Assembly (NCBI GenBank): GCA_964613665.1
Contig: CAZTIG010000003.1
Span: forward strand, 78,565-142,564
Reading direction: 5' to 3'
Source: an uncultured Chloroflexia bacterium
GTDB lineage: Bacteria; Chloroflexota; Chloroflexia; DTKN01
DNA: 64,000 nucleotides
Shown: piece after piece, positions 34,573 through 43,600 of the stretch
Numbering within the stretch: the first letter of the stretch is position 1
Layout of the letters: each line of letters begins with the position of its first letter
Position numbers and translations under genes: made by a program
Notes under the pieces: generated by a model
Database searches by the model: none
What the model was told of the DNA's origin: nothing
The model's input: only the letters and a program-made list of their open reading frames with translations

Positions 34573-37500
34573 TTGCTACCTGATATCTTCTGCCCGAAGT
34601 GCGGCCTCCTGGTGCTCGACCGCCCCGAGTGCACCTGCGGCTGGCGGCGGCCCTCGCGCGGGCTGGGCAGCCGTCTCTGGCAGGTGGAGCTGCCCCACCG
34701 CCTGCACCGCGCGCCCTGCTACCTGGTGCCGGCCGGCAGCGTGCTGGTCATCCCCACCGAGGACGGGCATATCTTTGCCCTGGAGCGCGAGAGTGGCCGC
34801 CTGGCCTGGGAACATGCCCTGCCGGAGGGCTGGGGCACGCACGGCTTGGCCACCGACGGCACCTGCCTGTTCATCGCCCCGGAAGACGTCCGCCCCCTGC
34901 CGGCAGCAGGCAAGACACTGCTGGCCCTCGACGCGGCAAGCGGGGAGGAGCGCTGGCGGCTGGATCTGCCGGCGCACAGCCTCTCCATCCCGGCCTATGC
35001 CAATGGAGCGCTCTACTTCAGCGATGCCCAGGGGCTCATCCACGCCGTCTCCGCCGAGGATGGCCGGCCGCTCTGGGAGCACGCCCACCCCAACTGGGGG
35101 CCGGCTGCGCCGGTCGCCGGTCAGGGCTGGATCGCCGCGGGGGGCCAGGGCCGCATTCTGGCCGCCTACAACGCCGCCAATGGCCGCGAGCTCTGGCGTT
35201 TCGCCGCCCCCGGCATGGTCGTCTCGCCGCTGGCTGCTACGGGGCACATGGTCTTCCTGCGCTGCTGGGACAATATCCTCTACGCTCTTGACGGGGCCAG
35301 CGGCGCGGTGCGCTGGTCCATTCCTCCCGAGCGCGGCCAGGGGCCGACCACGCCCCCTACCACCGACGGCGCCAGCGTGTACATCGGCACGCGCACGCTC
35401 CCTCGCCCTGCCCCTGCAGCCGGTGAGGGGGAGGGACGGTATGCCCTCCTCTCGCTGCGGGTCGAGGACGGGCAGGAGCGCTGGCGCTTCCCCACCGCCA
35501 GCCACATCCAGACGCCCCCGGCCGCCGGCGGGGACATTGTCCTCTTCGGCTCGCGCGCCGGCGAGGCCTATGCCGTGGAGACGGGGGCGGGCCGTTCGCT
35601 CTGGGAGATGGCCCTCGAGCGGCAGCTCGTGGCCGGGCCGGCTACCGACGAGCGCCGCGCCTACTTCGCCAGCCGCGACGGCACCGTCTGGGCCTTGCTG
35701 CGGCAGGCAGAGACCCCGGTCCTGGCTCCCGAGCTCTACCTGCGGCAGGAAAACCCCCTCGGAGCGGCCGTGGCCTATGCCCTGCGGGGCCAGTATGCCC
35801 AGGCCGCAGCGCTGTACGAGAGCATGGGCAGGCGCAGCGAGGCAGCCCAGCTGTACGACGCCGGCGAGCGCCCCAGCGAGGCTGCCCACCTCTACGAGGA
35901 TCTGGACAAGCTGGACCGGGCCCGCGCCCTCTACCAGCGGGCCGGCGACACCCTCGGGATGGCCCGCATCACCGCCCGGTTGGGCGACTCCCTGGGCGCG
36001 GCCGGCCTCTACGAGCAGGCCGGGGAGCTGGCCGAGGCCGCGCACCTCTACGAGGAAGGCGGCGACCGGGGCCACGCGGCGGAGCTGTACCAGCATCTGG
36101 GTGATGTAGACAAGGCTGTCCGCCTGCGGCAGTCCATGGGCGAGGACGAGCTGGCCATCGAGATACTGGTCCAGGAGGGCCGGGTGCGCGAGGCTGCCCA
36201 GATGTTGCAGGAGAAGGGCCGCCTGGAGCGCGCCGCCAACCTCTACCGCCAGGCCGGCGAGCTGGTCCAGGCGGTGACGCTCTTCGAACGGCTGGAGCGC
36301 TGGGAACAGGTGGCTGAGCTAGCCCTGGAGACCAAGGACTACCGCCGCGAGGGCGAGGCCCGCATGCGCCTGCACCAGCCGGAGAGGGCCGCGGCACCCC
36401 TGCTGCAGGCAGCGAAGCAGCTGGCCAGCGAGCGCGGCGTCCCCGACGAGGAGGTCGCTGGGCTCTACGAGCAGGTCGCCCGGCTCTACAGCGACGTGCT
36501 CTACGAGGAGGACAAGGCCGCCCGCTGCCGGCGGGAGGTGCGTCGCTACCGCTCCCTGCCCGAGGTGCTGGTCCAGGGCGGCTCGGAGAAACCGCTGCGC
36601 GAAAAGGCCTACGGTACCCTGGAGCTCATAGCAAAGAACACCGGCTTCGGCGTGGCCCGCAACATCCGCGTGGACCTGGCCGGCCCCTTTGACGTCAGCG
36701 GCGAACACGAGATCCCTGCACTGCGCGAGAAAGGCGAGAAGGTCCTCACCATCCGCATCCGCCCCCACGAGGGCCACTTTGGCTCCGAGGTCCCGCTCAC
36801 CGTCACCGTGACTTACCAGGATGCCCACGGCGGCGACTATACGCTGCAGCAGGAGATCGGCGTGCACGTGGAGAAAGATGCCTGGCTCGTCCCGATGGGC
36901 ACGCCGGTGGCCTTTAATATCCAGGGAGACTTTGTCGGGCCGGGCGCGCAGAAGAAAGAGGAGATCGGTGACCGGGTCGAGATCCATCGCCAGGGGGTCA
37001 GTGTCAGGGCCGGCGAGGAAGAGATCCAGATTCAGCGGCCGGGACCGCCCGTGCGTCGCTGCCCACGCTGCAATGTGCCGATCAAGGAAGAGGGCTATAC
37101 CTTCTGTCCAGAGTGCGGCAGTCCGATAGTGCCGGCCTACAGCCGGCCGGAGGAACCCACCCCACCCCCCATGCGCCGACCAACCCCCAGCGAGCTCTAC
37201 CGCGAGCGGCTGCAGAGGATGCTGATCGAGGGGCGCACGGAGGAAAGCGAAAGTGAACTCAGCCACTTGCGCTTCCGTATTCCTCCGGACCAGGCCCAGG
37301 CGATCGAGCGCGAGGTACAGGCAGCGCTGCCGCAGGTGCTGCTGGAACGCTGCCGCGACCTGGAGCAGGCCGGGGACATCGAGGCGGCGGCGGAGCACTA
37401 CCGGCGCCTCCTGGCCGAGCACGTTGAGGGAGTCGCAGCTGCCGAGGTGCAGGCTGCATTGGAGCGCTGGCTGGCCCAGGCGCGCAAGTGGGAGGATTGC

Positions 37501-37599
37501 GGCGGCCGGGCCGAGGGCCGGGAATGGTACCGGCTGGTGCTGAAGGTGCAGCCGGACCACCCCGAGGCCCGGGCCGGGCTGGATAGGTTGGGGGGATAG
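34573..37599 (+). CDS. Zinc-ribbon + PQQ-like beta-propeller + TPR-like repeat protein with a C-terminal zinc ribbon
   Basis: N-terminal FCPKCGLLVLDRPECTCGW. PQQ-type repeats (GHIFALERESGRLAWEH, GLIHAVSAEDGRPLWEH, ILAAYNAANGRELWRF, LYALDGASGAVRWS). Degenerate 12-residue repeats (AAQLYDAGE / AAHLYEDLD / AAELYQHLG). CPRCNVPIKEEGYTFCPECG. Confidence 0.7.
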   Translation: MLPDIFCPKCGLLVLDRPECTCGWRRPSRGLGSRLWQVELPHRLHRAPCYLVPAGSVLVIPTEDGHIFALERESGRLAWEHALPEGWGTHGLATDGTCLFIAPEDVRPLPAAGKTLLALDAASGEERWRLDLPAHSLSIPAYANGALYFSDAQGLIHAVSAEDGRPLWEHAHPNWGPAAPVAGQGWIAAGGQGRILAAYNAANGRELWRFAAPGMVVSPLAATGHMVFLRCWDNILYALDGASGAVRWSIPPERGQGPTTPPTTDGASVYIGTRTLPRPAPAAGEGEGRYALLSLRVEDGQERWRFPTASHIQTPPAAGGDIVLFGSRAGEAYAVETGAGRSLWEMALERQLVAGPATDERRAYFASRDGTVWALLRQAETPVLAPELYLRQENPLGAAVAYALRGQYAQAAALYESMGRRSEAAQLYDAGERPSEAAHLYEDLDKLDRARALYQRAGDTLGMARITARLGDSLGAAGLYEQAGELAEAAHLYEEGGDRGHAAELYQHLGDVDKAVRLRQSMGEDELAIEILVQEGRVREAAQMLQEKGRLERAANLYRQAGELVQAVTLFERLERWEQVAELALETKDYRREGEARMRLHQPERAAAPLLQAAKQLASERGVPDEEVAGLYEQVARLYSDVLYEEDKAARCRREVRRYRSLPEVLVQGGSEKPLREKAYGTLELIAKNTGFGVARNIRVDLAGPFDVSGEHEIPALREKGEKVLTIRIRPHEGHFGSEVPLTVTVTYQDAHGGDYTLQQEIGVHVEKDAWLVPMGTPVAFNIQGDFVGPGAQKKEEIGDRVEIHRQGVSVRAGEEEIQIQRPGPPVRRCPRCNVPIKEEGYTFCPECGSPIVPAYSRPEEPTPPPMRRPTPSELYRERLQRMLIEGRTEESESELSHLRFRIPPDQAQAIEREVQAALPQVLLERCRDLEQAGDIEAAAEHYRRLLAEHVEGVAAAEVQAALERWLAQARKWEDCGGRAEGREWYRLVLKVQPDHPEARAGLDRLGG

Positions 37600-38414
37600 T
37601 GAAAGAACTCGACTTGCACGGAATCCGGCAGCGCCTCTCCGAGCGACGCGGCCAAATCGGCACCGAGATCGCCGCCATCGAGGAGCAGAAGACGGCGCTC
37701 TTCCAACAGGGCATGGGCGAGGGCTCGGCCCGGCTCAAGACGATCCTGGCCCGGCGTATCCGCGACCTGGAGCGTCAGGCGGCGGTCTGGGAACGCCTCC
37801 TGCAGATCGTCCACAAGCAGAGCCTGCTCGTGGCCCACCTGGTATATGCCCGCGAGAATGCCGACCTGCTCAACCAGGGTCTGCTGGCCGGCGTGGACTG
37901 GGAGCGCCTGCTGGAGACCGTCGGGCCGGCTGCCACCCTGCAGGCGGCCCTGCTCCAGCGCATCGAGGCCGTCCTGGCCACACTGAGCAGGCCTGCCCCC
38001 GGTGCGCGGCCCGCCAGACCGCGCGCAGCGGAGAGCCTCCTGGTCAAACACGTGCCCGATGGCGACGGCCTGGAGTTGGCCGACGGCCGGCGGGTGCGCT
38101 ACATCGGCATCGACGCCCCCGAGGTATCCGGAGACCAGGGCCGGCCGCAGCCGTTTGCCGAGGAGGCGCGGGAGCTGAACCGCCGGCTGGTACTCGGGAA
38201 GCAGGTGCGCCTGGAGCGTGACACCTCCGACACCGACCGCTACGGCCGGCTGCTGCGCTACGTCTATGTCGGTGACCTCTTTGTCAACGCTGAGCTGGTG
38301 CGGGCCGGCCTGGCCGTCGCCCTGGAGCTGTGGCCCGACGTCCAGCGCGCCGATGAGCTGGCCCGACTGGAGCAAGAGGCGATCCGCAAACGCCGGGGGA
38401 TGTGGGCCAGGTAG
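37599..38414 (+). CDS. Coiled-coil + thermonuclease (SNase/micrococcal nuclease-like) domain protein
   Basis: C-terminal VKHVPDGDGLELADGRRVRYIGIDAPE...RYGRLLRYVYVGDLFVNAELVRAGLA SNase signature. GTG start overlaps the upstream stop (alternative ATG downstream). Confidence 0.6.
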   Translation: MKELDLHGIRQRLSERRGQIGTEIAAIEEQKTALFQQGMGEGSARLKTILARRIRDLERQAAVWERLLQIVHKQSLLVAHLVYARENADLLNQGLLAGVDWERLLETVGPAATLQAALLQRIEAVLATLSRPAPGARPARPRAAESLLVKHVPDGDGLELADGRRVRYIGIDAPEVSGDQGRPQPFAEEARELNRRLVLGKQVRLERDTSDTDRYGRLLRYVYVGDLFVNAELVRAGLAVALELWPDVQRADELARLEQEAIRKRRGMWAR

Positions 38415-38463
38415 AACCACTATTGACAACCGATGGCAACCATGGTACACTTTTGCCGGGAGG

Positions 38464-39354
38464 ATGGGAGTGAATACCCTCAAGGCCCTCTGGCAAAAGG
38501 TGCCTCTTTTCTGGCGGCTGGCCGGCCCGGCGCTGCTGCTGGCCCTGGCGGTGATCGCCTTTGTCCAAAGCCGGCCCGACGGCCGCCTGCACCTCCACTT
38601 CCTCCCGGTCGGCCAGGGCAACGCCATCCTGGTGGTCTCGCCCGCGGGCCAGACGGTGCTGATCGACGGCGGCCCCGATGCCACCGCCCTCCTGAGCGCC
38701 CTGGGCCACCACCTGCCCTTCTGGAAGCCGGCGCTGGACATGGTGATCGTGACCGAGACCGACCCGGCCCGGCTGGCCGGCCCGCTCGCCGCCCTGGAGC
38801 GCTACCGGACGCAGGCGGCCGGCCGGCCCGGCCGCGTGCAGCGGAGCACGGGCTGGGAGCGCTGGCAAGAGCTCCTCGCCCGCCAGGGGGTCGCCGCCGC
38901 GGAACTGCAGCGCGGCAGCCGCGTGGAGCTGGGCGATGGGGTGGTGATCGAGATCGTCCACCCGGCCGCGGCGCTGCCGACCGGGGTAGCACCGGCCGGC
39001 CGCGACGACGCCCTGGTGCTGCGCGTGACCTATGGGCACTTCTCCGCCATGCTCCCGACCGCGGCCGGGCCGGCCGGCCAACAGGCCCTGCTGCAGGCCG
39101 GCGCCGTGCCCCCGAGCAGCGTTCTCCTCATCCCCCGCCAGGCCGAGCACCAGGCACTCGACCCGGCCTTTCTCCAGGCCGCGCGGCCGGCCGTGGCCGT
39201 CGTCTCGGCCGGCAGCGGCTACCACCAGGGCCCCGACGCGCGTACGCTGGCCCTGGTCCAGGCGGCCGGCAGCGCCCTCTACCGCACCGATCGACAGGGG
39301 ACGGTGGAGGTGGTGACCGATGGGACGGCGATCTGGGTGTGGACGGAACGGTGA
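38464..39354 (+). CDS. Metallo-beta-lactamase-fold hydrolase with N-terminal TM helix (ComEC C-terminal-domain-like)
   Basis: LHLHFLPVGQGNAILVVSPAGQTVLIDGG and downstream MBL-like segments. GGGAGG RBS. Confidence 0.6.
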   Translation: MGVNTLKALWQKVPLFWRLAGPALLLALAVIAFVQSRPDGRLHLHFLPVGQGNAILVVSPAGQTVLIDGGPDATALLSALGHHLPFWKPALDMVIVTETDPARLAGPLAALERYRTQAAGRPGRVQRSTGWERWQELLARQGVAAAELQRGSRVELGDGVVIEIVHPAAALPTGVAPAGRDDALVLRVTYGHFSAMLPTAAGPAGQQALLQAGAVPPSSVLLIPRQAEHQALDPAFLQAARPAVAVVSAGSGYHQGPDARTLALVQAAGSALYRTDRQGTVEVVTDGTAIWVWTER

Positions 39355-39442
39355 GAGCTCTTCAAGTATGCGCCAGCTCCTTGACGCCAGGACGGCCCTG
39401 TGGTACGATGCGCTTGCCGACAGACCCCGCCCGGAGGCAGCG

Positions 39443-40516
39443 ATGAAAGGCATTGCCCACTTTGTCAGCGGCGTGGCCATCGCCACCTTCTTCCCCCAGG
39501 TCGTCCAGCAAGCCGCCGCAGGAGGCCTGCTCCCCGTCCTGGGGGGAGTGGGCGGCATCCTTCCCGACACGCTCGATTTCAAGTTCGCCCGCTACTTTGA
39601 GCGCTACGACGACGAGATCGACCCCGGCCCCAGCCCCGACGCGCAGCAGATCGCCGAGCGGGTCGCCGCGGCCATGCGCGCGGCCTACGAGAGCGGCCGG
39701 CCGCGCAACATCATGCTGCACACCATCCGCATGGGCCCCGACCTCTGGCGGCAGTACACCGTGCGCTTCGACCCGCCCGCCGGCCAGGTCATCGTGCGCA
39801 TCGGCCCCCTGGTCAACACCGGCCAGGTGCCCTACCCCGGCTCGGAGCCGAAGGGGCAGACCGAGGCCTGCGTCCAGGTCGGCGTGCCCATGGTCCACAC
39901 CTACGACGCCGAGAACAAGGTCGACATCTTCAGCGGCCCCTCGTTCCTCTTTGCCCGCGAGGGCGACCACGTCCACATCCACTTCCTCGACTGGCACCGC
40001 CGCTGGTCGCATTCCTTCCCCTGCGGCCTGCTCGGCGGCTTGGCCGTCGGCCTCCTCGTCTGGCTGGCGGCGGGCATCGCCAGCGCGGCCGCTCCCGGCG
40101 GCTGGCCGGGCGGTTTCGCCGCCGCCCTGCCCATCGCCCTCTGGTCCGGCGCTGTCTTCACCCTTGGCTTCTTCGGCCACATCCTCGAGGATCAGCTCGG
40201 CCACATGGGCAGCAACCTCTTCTGGCCGTTCACCAGGAAACGCATGCCCGGCCTGCACCTGCTGCGTTCCGGCGACGCCATCCCCAACTTCCTGACCGTC
40301 TGGACCGCCCTGGCGCTGACCCTCTTCAACCTGGATCGTTTCTCGGCCCAGCCGCGCCTGCCGGCCGCGCTCTACCTGACAATCGCCCTGGGACTGCCCT
40401 GGGCACTCCTGCTCGGCCTGTACCTGCGGCAGCGCCTGCGCCGCCGGCCCGAAGCGCTGGAGAAGCTGCGCCAGGGGGACATTGTCGCCGAGAGCGAGGA
40501 GGTGGAGGTAGCCTGA
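39443..40516 (+). CDS. Membrane-bound metal-dependent hydrolase-like protein
   Basis: Start at MKGIAHFVSG with GGAGG RBS. Multiple TM helices. His-rich motifs (HVHIHFLDWHRRWSHS, GHILEDQLGHMGSN). Confidence 0.5.
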   Translation: MKGIAHFVSGVAIATFFPQVVQQAAAGGLLPVLGGVGGILPDTLDFKFARYFERYDDEIDPGPSPDAQQIAERVAAAMRAAYESGRPRNIMLHTIRMGPDLWRQYTVRFDPPAGQVIVRIGPLVNTGQVPYPGSEPKGQTEACVQVGVPMVHTYDAENKVDIFSGPSFLFAREGDHVHIHFLDWHRRWSHSFPCGLLGGLAVGLLVWLAAGIASAAAPGGWPGGFAAALPIALWSGAVFTLGFFGHILEDQLGHMGSNLFWPFTRKRMPGLHLLRSGDAIPNFLTVWTALALTLFNLDRFSAQPRLPAALYLTIALGLPWALLLGLYLRQRLRRRPEALEKLRQGDIVAESEEVEVA

Positions 40517-40651
40517 GGGTCGCCCCGGCATCGTGTCGGCGTGCAGGCGTCTGGGTGATCAAAGGGGCGGGAGTGAGGGCCCAGAACCGCCGTGCCGCGT
40601 CCCCGGTCACGTGGCCACCGCCTCGCCGGGACCTATCTGCGGAGGTCTGCC

Positions 40652-43600
40652 ATGAGATCTCTCTTGCACCGGCTGGCCATGCTACTCTCGCTCCTCGCGC
40701 TGCTCGCGCCCGGGCCGGCCCTGCTGGCCGCGCCCTTCCCTATCGCCCTGCCCCAGGGCGGCCAGGCCGCCGCGCCCCTCGACGTGGTCATCAACGAGGT
40801 GGCATGGATGGGGACGGCGTTCAACACAGCCGATGAGTGGATGGAGCTGTATAACAACACCGCCAGCGCCGTCGACCTGACGGGCTGGCACCTCCGGGAC
40901 GACGATGCGCTGGACATCGCCCTGACCGGGTCGATCCCTGCCCACGGTCACTATCTGCTGGAGCGCACCGACGACAACACGATCCCGGACATCCCGGCCG
41001 ACTGGTACGGCAGCTTTGGCACCGGCGGTCTGTCCGACGCTGGCGAGGTCCTGACCCTCACCGACAGCCTTGGCAACGTGATCGACACCGCCAACGCCGA
41101 GAATGGAGCGGGTTGGCCGGCCGGCACGACCTCCGGCCGCCGCAGCATGGAGAGGATCAACCCGCTATTGGCGGATATCGACTCCAACTGGGGCACAAAC
41201 ACCACCTGGATCCGCAACGGCTACGACGGCGGAGGCGCACCCATCAACGGAACCCCCAGGCAGCGGAACTCCCTATCGTGGCCTGACCTGGTCGTAGCCA
41301 AGCAGGCACCGCCCGCCGCCCCCGTCGGCGCGCCCATCTCCTACCAGATCACCGTCGTCAACCAGGGGCCGCTGGCCGCGCCGGGCGTCCTGATCAGCGA
41401 CACCCTGCCGGCAGGCTTCCTCTATTCGGCCCACGACGGCCCCTACCCCTGCAGCCTGTCCGGCGGCTACCTCTTCTCCTGCCAGGCCGGCACGATCGAC
41501 CCGGCCGGCCAGGGCCAGGTCACGATCACCGGCAGCCTCGCCCTGACCGCCTCCGGAACGCTCCTCAACCTGGTCTATGCTACGGCCGCCATCACCGAGA
41601 TCACCGGCACCAACAATCTGGCCCAGGCCGCCACCCTGGTCCAGGAGGCCCACGCCGACCTGGCCGTGGCCAAGACCGGCCCGGCCACCGTCGAGCCCGG
41701 CGACGCGCTCACCTACACCCTGGCCATCAGCAACATCGGCCAGCTGGCCGCGCCAGGCCTCCTCATCACCGACACCCTACCGACCGGCCTGGCCTTTGTC
41801 TCGCAGGACAGCCCCTACACCTTCACCCAGTTGGCCCCCCAGACCCTCTTCTGGGAGGCGGGCACGCTGGACAGCGGGGCAAGCAGCCGGATTACCGTGT
41901 CCGCTGAAGTGCTGCCCACCGCCACGGGGACGCTCGCCAACCAGGTCTGGGCCACCACCGCCATCACCGAGGTCACCAGCACCAACAACCTGGCCTGGGC
42001 CTACACCCTGGTCGAGGCCATCGAGCCCGACCTGGCCGTGGCCAAGGCCGGGCCGGCCAGCGCTCACCCCGGCGACCCGCTCACCTACACCCTGGCTATC
42101 AGCAGCATCGGCGCGCTGACCGCCCCGGGGGTACGCCTGACCGACACCCTGCCGGCCGGCCTGGCCTTTAGCGATTCCACCCCCTACCCCGACCTCCAGC
42201 CGGCCCCCGGCGTCCTCGTCTGGACCCTGGGCGACCTGCCCCCTTCCACCTCCCAGACAGTCCTGGTCTATGGCACCGTGGTCCCCACGGCCGGCGGCAC
42301 GCTCGTCAACACCATTGTGGCGACCACCCCGCTCACCGAGACCGACCCGGGCAACAACAGCGCCACCTGGACCACCACCGTCCTGCCTCCCGGCGAGGGG
42401 CTGGTGGTCATCAACGAGGTGGCCTGGGGCGGGACTGCGGACTCGGCCGCCGACGAGTGGATGGAGCTCTACAACGCCGCCCCCGGCGCCGTCGACCTGG
42501 CCGGCTGGACCCTGCGCTCCAGCGACGGCACCCCCACCATCCCCCTCACCGGCACCATCCCCCCCGGCGGCTACTTCCTCCTGGAGCGCGACGACGACAG
42601 CACCGTCAGCGACATCCCCGCCGACCTGATCTACCAAGGGGGCCTGAACAACGGCCCTCCCGGCGAGGTCCTCACCCTGACCAACGCCCTCAGCCAGGTC
42701 GTCAGCACGGCCAACGCCAATGGTGGGGCCTGGCCGGCCGGCTCCGGCTCGCCGAGCTACCTCTCCATGGAGCGCGTCGACCCGCTGGCTCCCGACACCG
42801 ATGCCGGCTGGGTCAGCAACGACACGGTCCATCGCAACGGCCTGGCCGCCAACGGAGCCGCCATCAACGGCACGCCCAAGTACCCGAACTCCCCTCTGCA
42901 GCGCCCCGACCTGGCCGTGACCAAAACCGGGCCGGAGAGTGCGGCCATCGGACTGCCGATCACCTACACATTGCTCATAGGTAATGTCGGACTGGAGGAC
43001 GCCGCCGACGTGCGCATCACCGACACCCTGCCTATCGGCATCTCCTTCGTCTCCCAGACCAGCAGCTACCCCTTCAGCTTCGAGCAGGCGGGAAACTTGC
43101 TCGTCTGGACGGCAGACCTCCTGCCCACCGCCACCACCGCCGCGATTACCCTGCACGCACTGGTGGCCAGCGGCGCGCCCGCGCAGGTGCAGAACTGCCT
43201 GGCCGCCACGACCGCCGGCGCCGAGACGGTCCTGGACAACAACAGCGCCTGCTGGCAGACGACCGTCGCCGGCGGAACCGTGCCGGTCTACCTGCCCCTG
43301 GTCTTTCGGGACTATTGCCTGCAGCTCCAGATCGGGGCCGTTTTCTTCAAGGGCTACCTGACCGGCCAGCCCGACGAAGCCGTCCAGCTCTACAACGCCG
43401 GCACTGTCCCGATCGACCTGAGCGGATGGAGTCTCTGCAAGTTCACCACCAGCCTGCGATGCTGGGCGCTGCCGCCGCTCTCCATCGCCCCCGCCCAGCC
43501 ACTCTGGCTGAGCCACGACGCTGCTGCCTTTGCCCTGACCTTTGGCTTCCCCCCGGACTATGAGGCCGCTTCGTGGTTCTCGGGAGGCAACCTGAGCGAC

